Source: Terriglobia bacterium (GTDB taxonomy: Bacteria > Acidobacteriota > Terriglobia > 2-12-FULL-54-10). Taken from it: a DNA stretch of 64,000 nt. Made by a program: the position numbers and the translations under genes. Positions within the stretch are counted from its first letter, which is position 1; each line of letters opens with the position of its first letter. Below, one piece after another: positions 1 to 8,653 of this stretch. Under the pieces are notes generated by a model. That model did not search any database, was not told the DNA's origin, and saw only the letters and a program-made list of their open reading frames with translations. The stretch is from contig CAXVYR010000003.1 of the NCBI GenBank assembly GCA_963666975.2, forward strand, positions 288,001-352,000, given 5' to 3'.

Positions 1-1517
1 CAACCGGAACTTCTTTGACCGTAGCTTTGCCTGGCTCCGATAACAGCAGGGCCTTTCGAGAAACCTTGCTGGGCTTCTATGTGCAGGATAACTACAACAT
101 GAGGTCCAACTTACAGGTCAACATGGGGCTCCGCTACGAGTTTGCAACACTCATTCACGACACCTTGGGAAGGACCGCCTTCCTTCGCGATCCGATGCGG
201 GATATCCAAATACAAAAGGGGCCGTTTTTGGATCACAACCCGTCGCTACGCAGTTTGGCTCCTCGTCTGGGGATCACATGGGCACCGGGCTCCGCCCGAA
301 ACACGGTGATCAGTACCGGCTTTGGCATTTACTATGATCCATTGCTGGAATATGCTGTGGATCTGCGGAGAAATTCGGCTCCATTTTACGACGTGGTCGT
401 CAAACAAAACTTTAATTCCGTCAATACGTTCCCTGATGCCGTGGCCGCCGCAGCGGACACGACGCCTTCTAACTTGGCACAAGTGCTGGATTATTCAAAT
501 CTGACCATCCCAATGGTGTTACGGTACAACTTCTCGCTCCAGCATCAGTTTCCAAGCGGCTGGCGGGCTCGGGCATTCTATGTGGGCGCACGTGGCAACC
601 ATCTGTTCCGAACTTACGAAATGAACCTGGCCCCGATTCCGGTAGTCCAGCCGGACGGGTCTTTATTCTTTTCTCCCTTCGATCCGGACGGCCCCGACAA
701 CCGAGTGAACCCTGCTTTCGGAGCCATTACGATGCTCAGCAGTGATGCCCAGTCTTTTTACAATTCGATGCAGCTTTCTGTGAATAAAAGGTACAGCCAA
801 GGGAACTCTATGCAGGCCAGCTACACGCTCAGTAAGTCCATTGACGATGCCTCCTCCGACTCAGGTAGGGGGGCCGTTCAGGCCACCAGTTCGAGCCAAT
901 ACGGCTTAATGCGGACGCTGGACCGAGGCCTTTCCAACTTTGATATCCGCCACCGCTTCGTGCTCAGCTACTTTTACAGCCCTCCCTTTGGAACGGGACG
1001 GATGTGGTTGAACTCCGGTTTTCTTTCCAGCATCTTCGGAGGATGGCGCGTGGGAGGCATCATGAGGTTTCGCACTGGGACGCCGCATAGCATTGAGGTG
1101 AAGCTCAAGAAGGAGGGGTACCTGTTTGCCGCCACCCGTCCCAATCTGGTCCCGGGCCGAAGCAATAACCCAATCATTGGCGACCGCCTGAAGTATTTTG
1201 ATCCAACTGCGTTCAGTGCCCCGCCGAAGGGCACGCTGGGTAACCTTGGGCGGAACACGGTGGTAGGGCCCAGTCAGTTCAATATGGATATCTCTTTACA
1301 AAAAGAGGTCTCTATCGATAGCAAACGGCGGCTGGAATTTCGGGCGGAGATTTTCAATCTTCCCAATCACACCAACTTCAATCGGACCACGTCCAGTACA
1401 GTGATCGTCTTTACAGGTGACCCGGACAATCCTAAGGCGAGTCCCAACGCAGGAAGACTGGACCAAACATCCTCGACAGCGCGGCAAATCCAGTTCGTCC
1501 TGCGATTGTCCTTTTGA
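1..1517 (+). CDS. TonB-dependent receptor, Oar-like (5' end outside the window)
   Basis: Beta-barrel motifs FYVQDNY..LNMGLRYE, APRLGITW, GFGIYYD, EFRAEIFNLPNHTNF and the C-terminal RQIQFVLRLSF (terminal Phe). Confidence 0.9.
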   Translation, partial: TGTSLTVALPGSDNSRAFRETLLGFYVQDNYNMRSNLQVNMGLRYEFATLIHDTLGRTAFLRDPMRDIQIQKGPFLDHNPSLRSLAPRLGITWAPGSARNTVISTGFGIYYDPLLEYAVDLRRNSAPFYDVVVKQNFNSVNTFPDAVAAAADTTPSNLAQVLDYSNLTIPMVLRYNFSLQHQFPSGWRARAFYVGARGNHLFRTYEMNLAPIPVVQPDGSLFFSPFDPDGPDNRVNPAFGAITMLSSDAQSFYNSMQLSVNKRYSQGNSMQASYTLSKSIDDASSDSGRGAVQATSSSQYGLMRTLDRGLSNFDIRHRFVLSYFYSPPFGTGRMWLNSGFLSSIFGGWRVGGIMRFRTGTPHSIEVKLKKEGYLFAATRPNLVPGRSNNPIIGDRLKYFDPTAFSAPPKGTLGNLGRNTVVGPSQFNMDISLQKEVSIDSKRRLEFRAEIFNLPNHTNFNRTTSSTVIVFTGDPDNPKASPNAGRLDQTSSTARQIQFVLRLSF

Positions 1518-1749
1518 CCCGCATTCCCAGTTTGAATTCGTAGAAGCAACCCTCGACTAACCTCAAACATCATTGATGCGGGTTCGAGCATCAACATTGC
1601 CTTCCGGAGGTGGTGAGAGCCAAATACAGCCACTCGGAGTCACTGGCAGCAAATACTGCACTGGACGGGCTCAGTTGGAGGCCAGAGAGTGTATACTCTT
1701 GACTGCTGGAGGGCCAGAAAACTCATTCCGGTTAAGCAGCAAATGCTGA

Positions 1750-4700
1750 ATGGATGAAGAAGGAGGGCTGCTTTTCATGTTGGTGCCCTATAGGCGCAAG
1801 CCAAAACCGCCCCGAACATTCTCGAAGCGATGGGTGATTTTCATTGCTGTTTTTTTATTCTTCGGATCGAGTATCCGATCCCTGGCACAGGGAGGCACAG
1901 ACTCTGATTCCAGCCAACAAGGACAGGATGATCCGAGCACAACAAGCGAGGAGAGGCAATCTTCCCGCGCCGCGACCCAGCAAATCAGCGAAGCGGAACT
2001 GGCAGGGCTTCCTCTTCAGGGTCGGAGTTATACCCAATTAGCAACACTGGAGGCTGGGGTCAGTGACAATAGCCGTGTTGACCCTTCTCGGGGTGTTGGC
2101 GTTCGGGGGGGATTGAACGTGTCCGGAGCGCGAGGCACGGCCAACGTGTTTCTGCTGGATGGGACCAACATCATGGGCATAGCGAATCGGCCCCCGCGAA
2201 GCGCGGCTGGCGTACAGTTAGGCTCGGATGCCGCTTTGCAGGTTCAAGTGTTCAGCACCAACTACTCGGCCGAATACGGTCGGGGGAGCGGCGGCGTGCT
2301 GAACTCGATTACCCGGTCCGGGACGCCGGAGTTTCACGGAACCTTTTTTGAGTTTCTGCGCAACAGCAAACTGGACGCCCGCAACTTCTTTGATCCGGGG
2401 CCATCGCCTCCTCCTTTTAAGCGCAACCAATTTGGCTTCACTCTTAGCGGACCAATCCGCCCAGAGCGGACTTTTTTTATGGCGAGTTTTGAAGCGCTTC
2501 GGGATCGTCTGACCAGTACAGATGTCAGCACCTTTCCCGATGAGGATGCACGAGTAGGGAGGATAACAGACCGTGATGGAAATGTAATGCGTACCGTGGA
2601 GGTGCACGCTAGTGTAAAACCGTACCTGGAACTTTTCCCTCTCCCCAACTTTGAACGCCTGGGAGGCGGAGTGGGAGAAAGCCGGAATCCCCGGTTCCAG
2701 CCAAGCGATGAAGAGTTTTTTGTTGTTCGGGTGGACCATCAAATTTCGGCGCGGGACAGCCTGTTTGTTCGCTATACCTTTGATGATGCTCGTTCCGTCG
2801 GCGGAGGAACTACCTATTTGTTCCAGAACCAACGGGGGAGCCGGCAGCAGTATTTCACTGTTATGGAAACTCACATTTTCAGTCCAAGTGCGATCAGTTC
2901 CTTTCGTTTCGGATATACTCGCCCTGTGGAGACGAGCGATAACATCTCCGCAATTGAGATTCCCAGAGATATGTTTTTTATCCCTGACTCCCCGGACTTT
3001 GGCCAGCTTAGTATCCCGCGAGTCAGCGGATTCGGTCATAGGGGAGGACCCTCTGGCGATGTGTTGAACACCTTTCAATTAGCTGATGATGTGATACTAC
3101 AAAGAGGGCTACACGCCATCAAGTTTGGGGTCCAAATCCAACGCACCCGCGCGGATACCTTTACGAACAGCAGCAGGGGAGGGGTGTGGTCTTTTAGCAG
3201 TCTGGAAAGCTTCCTGCGTGGAGGCCCTGAGGGGACTACTTTAACCGGCGTTTTGCCCGGCTCCGATGACAGCCAGGCCTGGAGACAGACTCTCTTTGGT
3301 TTCTATATTCAGAATGCGTATCGGGTGCGGGCGAACCTCCGGTTTGATCTCGGTCTCCGCTATCAATTCAGCACGGTCATCCACGACAAGGACGGGAAAA
3401 GCGTTTTCATAGCCGATCCGTTGCGGGACACGGAACCTTTGATTGGTCCCTACCTGGATCATAATCCTTCTCTTCGCAATATTTCTCCACGGCTGGGCAT
3501 TAGCTGGTCACCTGGGACTAGCGGGAAGACAGCCATCCGAACTGGCTTCGGAATCTATTACGATCAATTGATTCCTTATTTGACTGACCACTTGAGCACT
3601 GGGGCGCCTTTTTACAAGCGAACTGTGCGAACCAACTTTAACGCCTCAGGGAAAGAAGCGGATGGAACCTCCCTCCCTTATGCGTTCCCCGATGCCGTAG
3701 CCCCCTTGCAGGGCATGCCCTTGCAGGCTGGGGTCTTGGACCGGAATTTCAAGAACCCCATGGTGCTCCGCTACGACCTGGTGATTCAACAGGAATTGCC
3801 CGGGAGGTGGAGCAGTCAGCTCGCCTATGTGGGGGCCAGAGGCAACCGTCTGGACCGACACTACGAATTCAACTTATATCCATTCCCTGAAATCCGCTCC
3901 GATGGAACCTTGTTTTTCCCGCCGCAATGCGACCAACTCCCGTCGGACGCGCCAACTTCGGAATTGGAACTTTGCCGTCCCTATGCCGGACCGATGAACC
4001 CTGCGTTTGCAGGCGGGTTGGACTATATGGGTAGCGATGGACAATCCTTTTACAACTCGTTTCGGATTGCTGTGAATAAAAGACTCTCTTCCGGGACTTC
4101 TTTTCAATTTAGGTACACGCTCAGCAAGTCCGTAGACGACGATTCGCATCAGGAATATCCGCATATCCGAACGTCGGATCGGGCTCTTTCAGATTTTGAC
4201 GCTCGCCATCAGCTAAACTTGAATTACTTCTATAGGCTTCCTTTCGGCCGCGGCCAGCGCTGGCTGAACTCCAACCTCCTGGCGAATCTTCTCGGGGGAT
4301 GGCGAATCGGGGGAATTGTCCGCTTTCGCACCGGGACAGCTTTCTCTCCGGGCAATAACGTTCGAAGGCCTGGTTATCTATTTGAGACGGGGCGTCCCAA
4401 CTTAGGGCCTGGCCAAAGCAATACTCCTGCGGTCAAGGGAGCCACCGTTGGCTGTGGAAACGACACCATAAAGGCAGAGGAAAAGTTGGGCACGCCGGAG
4501 CGGTACTTTGATCCCTGTATCTACGCCTTTCCAGAATTTGGGACCCTGGGGAATGCCGGACGCAACACCATTACGGCACCGGGCTTATTTAATACCGATG
4601 TTTCCTTACAGCGGGAATTTCCGTTGGGCGGGGATCGGCGTTTGCAGCTTCGAATGGATGTTTTCAACTCGCTAAACCGCACCAATTTCAGCGCTCCCAG

Positions 4701-4821
4701 AGGCTCTGGTGCTTCGGTGTTCAGCGGGGATCGAGATCGTGTTAATCCCTCAGTCGGGAGAATTTCAGGAACTTCTACTACTTCCCGGCAAGTCCAGTTC
4801 GCCTTACGATTCTCGTTCTAA
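1750..4821 (+). CDS. TonB-dependent receptor, Oar-like (start may be 1777)
   Basis: Signal-like N-terminus, plug region LPLQGRSYTQLATL..G.R, SAEYGRGSGG, FLRNSKLDARNFF, KRNQFG, and C-terminal RQVQFALRFSF. Paralogue of the upstream gene. Confidence 0.92.
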   Translation: MDEEGGLLFMLVPYRRKPKPPRTFSKRWVIFIAVFLFFGSSIRSLAQGGTDSDSSQQGQDDPSTTSEERQSSRAATQQISEAELAGLPLQGRSYTQLATLEAGVSDNSRVDPSRGVGVRGGLNVSGARGTANVFLLDGTNIMGIANRPPRSAAGVQLGSDAALQVQVFSTNYSAEYGRGSGGVLNSITRSGTPEFHGTFFEFLRNSKLDARNFFDPGPSPPPFKRNQFGFTLSGPIRPERTFFMASFEALRDRLTSTDVSTFPDEDARVGRITDRDGNVMRTVEVHASVKPYLELFPLPNFERLGGGVGESRNPRFQPSDEEFFVVRVDHQISARDSLFVRYTFDDARSVGGGTTYLFQNQRGSRQQYFTVMETHIFSPSAISSFRFGYTRPVETSDNISAIEIPRDMFFIPDSPDFGQLSIPRVSGFGHRGGPSGDVLNTFQLADDVILQRGLHAIKFGVQIQRTRADTFTNSSRGGVWSFSSLESFLRGGPEGTTLTGVLPGSDDSQAWRQTLFGFYIQNAYRVRANLRFDLGLRYQFSTVIHDKDGKSVFIADPLRDTEPLIGPYLDHNPSLRNISPRLGISWSPGTSGKTAIRTGFGIYYDQLIPYLTDHLSTGAPFYKRTVRTNFNASGKEADGTSLPYAFPDAVAPLQGMPLQAGVLDRNFKNPMVLRYDLVIQQELPGRWSSQLAYVGARGNRLDRHYEFNLYPFPEIRSDGTLFFPPQCDQLPSDAPTSELELCRPYAGPMNPAFAGGLDYMGSDGQSFYNSFRIAVNKRLSSGTSFQFRYTLSKSVDDDSHQEYPHIRTSDRALSDFDARHQLNLNYFYRLPFGRGQRWLNSNLLANLLGGWRIGGIVRFRTGTAFSPGNNVRRPGYLFETGRPNLGPGQSNTPAVKGATVGCGNDTIKAEEKLGTPERYFDPCIYAFPEFGTLGNAGRNTITAPGLFNTDVSLQREFPLGGDRRLQLRMDVFNSLNRTNFSAPRGSGASVFSGDRDRVNPSVGRISGTSTTSRQVQFALRFSF

Positions 4822-4828
4822 GCAAATT

Positions 4829-4851
4829 GACCAGACCGATCTTTTGTACCA
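4829..4851 (+). repeat. 23-bp motif GACCAGACCGATCTTTTGTACCA, copy 1
   Basis: Identical copy at ~10548-10570. Two-mismatch inverted copy at ~28779-28801. Confidence 0.8.
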
Positions 4852-4917
4852 CTCGTAGTGCGAGTGTACGTCACAGTGACCGGCCCCCGGTTTTTTGAGC
4901 CAAGTTGAGAGTGAGTT

Positions 4918-5823
4918 TTGCGGCAGAATCGAGGACTTAAAGAAGGGGGATATGCCGTAAAACAGAAACGATTCAGCTTTCCAAACTTCGGAGAGCTGCT
5001 TTTGAAGGATATTGCACCATTGCATATGGAACAATTCCTGCAAGACAAGATGCGCAGTGTGTTATCTCCGAAGACAAACCGGAACTTGCTCGGGCTCCTT
5101 CAGGGCATCTTTTCACTTACGGAAGACAACGACCTGATTTCGCGATCTCCGATTCGGAACAGGCATAAGCCCGTTGTTCAACGACAAGAGAAGCCCGTAT
5201 GGACAGAGGATCAGATGAGGGGAATTATCGCTGCGGCACCACAGGTATATCGTGGATTGTTTACGTGCGTGGCGATAATCGGTGTCCGGTTGAGAGAACT
5301 GCTGGGGTTGAAGTGGAAGCACGTGGATTTTGAATCAAGGACACTCAGGATCGAGCAGAGTCTTTGGCAGGGTCAGATCGTGACGCCAAAGACCAAGAGG
5401 AGTACTCGATCGATCGCTTTTGGTGAAATCCTGTCCGGGGTTTTGACTCAACATTTGCAAAGCTCGCTGCATATCGGTCCGGACGATTTTGTGTTCTGTA
5501 AGCCGGACGGCTCTCCACCACACCCAGACGTGCTGCGAAGGGACGTGCTCTATCCAGTGCTCGACCGGCTGGGTATCCCGCGACCTGCGAGGGCAGCCGG
5601 TTTCCACACTTTCCGGCATTCGGCTGCAAGCATCATCAACGCCAAGACCGGCAACCTCAAACTGGCACAGAAGCTCCTCGGACATTCCAACCTGAGCACG
5701 ACAGCCGACATCTACACGCATACCTCGATCGAGGTTGAGCGCGAGGCGGCAGTGGCTGTGGAGCAAGCAGTTTTTGGCAGATCTGTTCCCAGTTGTTCCC
5801 AAAATCGGGAACAGGAACCGTAA
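4918..5823 (+). CDS. Phage-type tyrosine integrase, probably N-terminally truncated
   Basis: GVRLRELLGLKW, TPKT, FHTFRH, LLGHS, TADIY give a complete R-K-HxxR-H-Y set. No clear start codon or arm-binding domain. Confidence 0.85.
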   Translation: MRQNRGLKEGGYAVKQKRFSFPNFGELLLKDIAPLHMEQFLQDKMRSVLSPKTNRNLLGLLQGIFSLTEDNDLISRSPIRNRHKPVVQRQEKPVWTEDQMRGIIAAAPQVYRGLFTCVAIIGVRLRELLGLKWKHVDFESRTLRIEQSLWQGQIVTPKTKRSTRSIAFGEILSGVLTQHLQSSLHIGPDDFVFCKPDGSPPHPDVLRRDVLYPVLDRLGIPRPARAAGFHTFRHSAASIINAKTGNLKLAQKLLGHSNLSTTADIYTHTSIEVEREAAVAVEQAVFGRSVPSCSQNREQEP

Positions 5824-5877
5824 TTTGGCGGTTAGTTAGAGAAGAAAATCATGAGTGCTCATCCTCGCAACCCCAAT

Positions 5878-5903
5878 AAAAAAGCCACCTTCAAGGTGGC
5901 TTT
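5878..5903 (-). terminator. Rho-independent terminator downstream of the tRNA fragment
   Basis: Hairpin AAAGCCACC-TTCAA-GGTGGCTTT. The adjacent A-run is a U-tail on the minus strand. Confidence 0.75.
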
Positions 5904-5917
5904 GGGAAGAATAAGCT

Positions 5918-5962
5918 TGGTTGCGGGGGTCGGATTTGAACCGACGACCTTTGGGTTATGAG
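5918..5962 (-). tRNA. 3' fragment of tRNA-Met(CAT), initiator-like; probable att site
   Basis: Minus strand reads CTCATAACCCAAAGGTCGTCGGTTCAAATCCGACCCCCGCAACCA (anticodon loop, T arm, acceptor 3' strand, CCA). The 5' half is absent. Confidence 0.85.
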
Positions 5963-6357
5963 TTTAACCCCTTTTGGCTAAGTTGTTCATTTTGCGGTAC
6001 GCATAGCAACGTTCAGGAAGGTTCAGGAAGGTTCAGGAAGGCTCGGCAATCCTTATCGAACCCTTATCGAACCCCAGGCCATTGCTCACTGAGCGAATTG
6101 CGGGGGCAGGTCACGCCAGCAGAGGATCTAAGTCGGGATCGTGATAGACGTTGCAAGAAAAAAGGCTCGGAAGACTTCATTTTGGCAAGAGGACACGTAC
6201 TCGCCTATGGTGAGTTGCTACGTTTTGGAGCATTTTTTCAACCTCATTCCTCCAAAGCTCAACCATTCTAACGATGCCAACATCCTGTCCCCTGACATAG
6301 GTTCCTGGATGGCTTTCGATTTGGCCATAGACGAGCCTCTTTACAGAGAGCGCTGAC

Positions 6358-6705
6358 TTATAATACAGGGCAGCGGCCCCGGCTGCGCCAACTGTTTGCG
6401 AACTCTTCGAATCGAGGATCCTCCTTAAGAAAAAGTAGTATTGGACTGTCGTTCTCAAGAGACTCATATTCAAGCTTCAAGAAGTCCTGTTCTTGCTCAA
6501 TGATTTCCTTTTCAGCTGCGTCACGCCCATCGATTTCCCAACGTTTGACCGCCGTCGCAAATGTCTCCAAAAGGACAGCAGCCCACTTATGGCAGTTGGC
6601 CATGAGATCATCAGCCAATTTCTTGCGTTGTGCGAAAACGTCATTTTCACGATCGATGTGGCGCTTCAGAATCGCGTAAAGAGTCGCAAGTCCTGGAATA
6701 TCCAT
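6358..6705 (-). CDS. Hypothetical protein, possibly a frameshifted remnant
   Basis: ATG ORF with protein-like helical composition. No recognised family. Confidence 0.4.
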   Translation of the reverse strand: MDIPGLATLYAILKRHIDRENDVFAQRKKLADDLMANCHKWAAVLLETFATAVKRWEIDGRDAAEKEIIEQEQDFLKLEYESLENDSPILLFLKEDPRFEEFANSWRSRGRCPVL

Positions 6706-7018
6706 ATATCCCTAGCTTTCCTTCTATAGGACCGTCCCTAATTGATCCACCGCAAGTTATTGATTATACAACACGCCAGAAACGCTAAAAAAGCCCAAAA
6801 CGCCGAACCAGGGTACGTAGCGGGTACGCGGAGAAATTCAGTCTGGTCCTCCAAGACGTTCTAGCTGCCCCTACGCGAAAGATCAAGGGACTCTTAACGG
6901 TGCCGAAGTCCCCCGGCGCTCCTGGGTTGGTCTGGCGGGCAGGGCAACCCTAGGCCGGAACCTCCTGCTTTTTCTGCGTGATTTCCATCGCTAAAGACTG
7001 GCAGAAGCGATGCCCAAT

Positions 7019-7432
7019 TTACATTGAGTGCCCGGCATCTCCCCTGCCAGAGATACTGTGGCCGTGCACCATTTCCATCTCCTCGATTTTTTGAAACTGC
7101 GCTTCGGTTAGGATCGGCTTCAGTAGCTCGTGCGAGCGTTCGCCGCACTGATCCTCTAGCGCAATCAGCTCTTTCTGTGCCGCCTCGATTTCCTTCGCGG
7201 GGGCATGGGCCTTTCGGAGGCTATCTCTCTTTGCACGGGCCGCGAGGGTCTTGCTTGTCATCGGGCCAAGTTCGGTAATCACCTTCTCAACCTTTAGTTG
7301 CTGCTCTGCGGTGAGCTGAAGTTCCCGTTTCACTTCGGGCGTGAAGTTGCAATCTACTAGCTCCACTTCTGTAGCAGCCTTGGCGGCGATCGCACACAGC
7401 ACAATCACAATACCTGTCAGCAGAAAACGCAT
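7019..7432 (-). CDS. Exported helical protein, Spy/CpxP or periplasmic metal-sensor-like
   Basis: Signal peptide, LQLTAEQQ and ILTEAQ (LTxxQ) motifs, AAGGAG RBS. Confidence 0.65.
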   Translation of the reverse strand: MRFLLTGIVIVLCAIAAKAATEVELVDCNFTPEVKRELQLTAEQQLKVEKVITELGPMTSKTLAARAKRDSLRKAHAPAKEIEAAQKELIALEDQCGERSHELLKPILTEAQFQKIEEMEMVHGHSISGRGDAGHSM

Positions 7433-7562
7433 ATTTGAACTCCTTCAGATTGGTGAGGTTCGGGCAGTTGAGAGTATATCATTTCATCGGACAAGATCAT
7501 TATCAAGCAAGAAAGTGCTTTACAAACCCCGCGTAATGATATATGATATATATATAACACTT

Positions 7563-7784
7563 ATGGGCTTTGAGCTTCTAAACTCGGCACAGGCAGCCAA
7601 TTCGGCTGGGATTTCGCTAATGACGTTGCAGCGTTGGATTGCCGCCGGCAAGCTGCGACCTCCAAAGCTGACGATTCGGAACGGAAAGGCTGTGAGGCTA
7701 TGGAACAAGGAAGCATTTCATCGGCTCAGGAAAGCCAAGGCGCTGCATTACGGCCAAGGGAAAGGAAACAGGAGGAAGCGGTGA
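7563..7784 (+). CDS. Small MerR/excisionase-like HTH protein
   Basis: SAQAANSAGISLMTLQRWIAAGKL..RLW. Its stop overlaps the resolvase ATG (TGATG). Confidence 0.75.
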   Translation: MGFELLNSAQAANSAGISLMTLQRWIAAGKLRPPKLTIRNGKAVRLWNKEAFHRLRKAKALHYGQGKGNRRKR

Positions 7785-8584
7785 TGGCTGGAAACAGACG
7801 AAAACATCCTCCTGGAGATGCTAAAGTGGCCGCCGCATCTAGCGAATACGAAATCCGTGTTGCCCTCTACTCCCGAGTCAGCACAACAAGCGGCCAAGAC
7901 CCCGAGATGCAACTTCGCGAACTGCGGGAATATTGTCAACGCCGAGGCTGGGGAATCGCGAAGGAATATGTGGATGTGGGGATTTCCGGTACAAAGGAAA
8001 AGCGACCGGAATTAGACCGTCTTTTGGCTGATGCCCACCGCCGACGATTGGATGCCGTGGTGGTCTGGCGATTCGACCGCTTTGCCCGTTCGGTTTCTCA
8101 CCTGCTGCGTGCACTGGAAACGTTCCGGGCTTTGGGCATCGAATTCGTTTCCCTCTCGGAACAGGTGGACACCTCAACCCCTACCCGTAAGATGGTGTTC
8201 ACTGTCCTGGGTGCCGTAGCAGAGCTAGAGCGCAGCCTGATTGTGGAGCGGGTCCGGGCTGGCCTCCGCAACGCCCGAGCTAAGGGCAAGCGGTTGGGCC
8301 GACCCAGAATGTTAGTGGATGTTGACAAGGTGGCCCTCCTTCGGGCGCAAGGAACATCCTGGCGGGCCATAGGGGCCATGCTTGGATTGTCACCAGGAAC
8401 CGTTTTTAGCCGGATTCGCTGTCACACATTCGCCGAGCGGCTTGATGGAAGCTCCTTCGCGGAATCGGCTACCTATCGAGTTGGATATATTTGTGAAAGA
8501 TTACACGAGGGGATAGGGGAAAGCAATTGGTGTCCGGAGCATGACCGTTGGAACAATAGAGGCAAAAAGAGATGGAACCGATAA
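7784..8584 (+). CDS. Serine recombinase (resolvase/invertase) with a read-through C-terminal tail
   Basis: YSRVST, DVGISG, RPEL, FDRFARS, GKRLGRP and a C-terminal HTH. The last ~55 aa run across a repeat element. Confidence 0.88.
   Translation: MAGNRRKHPPGDAKVAAASSEYEIRVALYSRVSTTSGQDPEMQLRELREYCQRRGWGIAKEYVDVGISGTKEKRPELDRLLADAHRRRLDAVVVWRFDRFARSVSHLLRALETFRALGIEFVSLSEQVDTSTPTRKMVFTVLGAVAELERSLIVERVRAGLRNARAKGKRLGRPRMLVDVDKVALLRAQGTSWRAIGAMLGLSPGTVFSRIRCHTFAERLDGSSFAESATYRVGYICERLHEGIGESNWCPEHDRWNNRGKKRWNR
8498..8526 (-). promoter_or_regulatory. Repeated sigma70-like promoter TTGCTT-17-TAATCT (copy without a kinase stub)
   Basis: Same element at 25775-25803(-), 31016-31044(-) and 35240-35268(+). 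Confidence 0.55.
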
Positions 8585-8653
8585 CGAGGAAGCGTATACT
8601 TTGTGCTCGGAGCTTCGGGATTAACCTGCGAACATGAGCTGAGGGGGTAAATC

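Noticed and set aside
5918-5962. Functional tRNA-Met gene
   Set aside because: The D arm and 5' acceptor strand are missing, so it is kept only as an att fragment.
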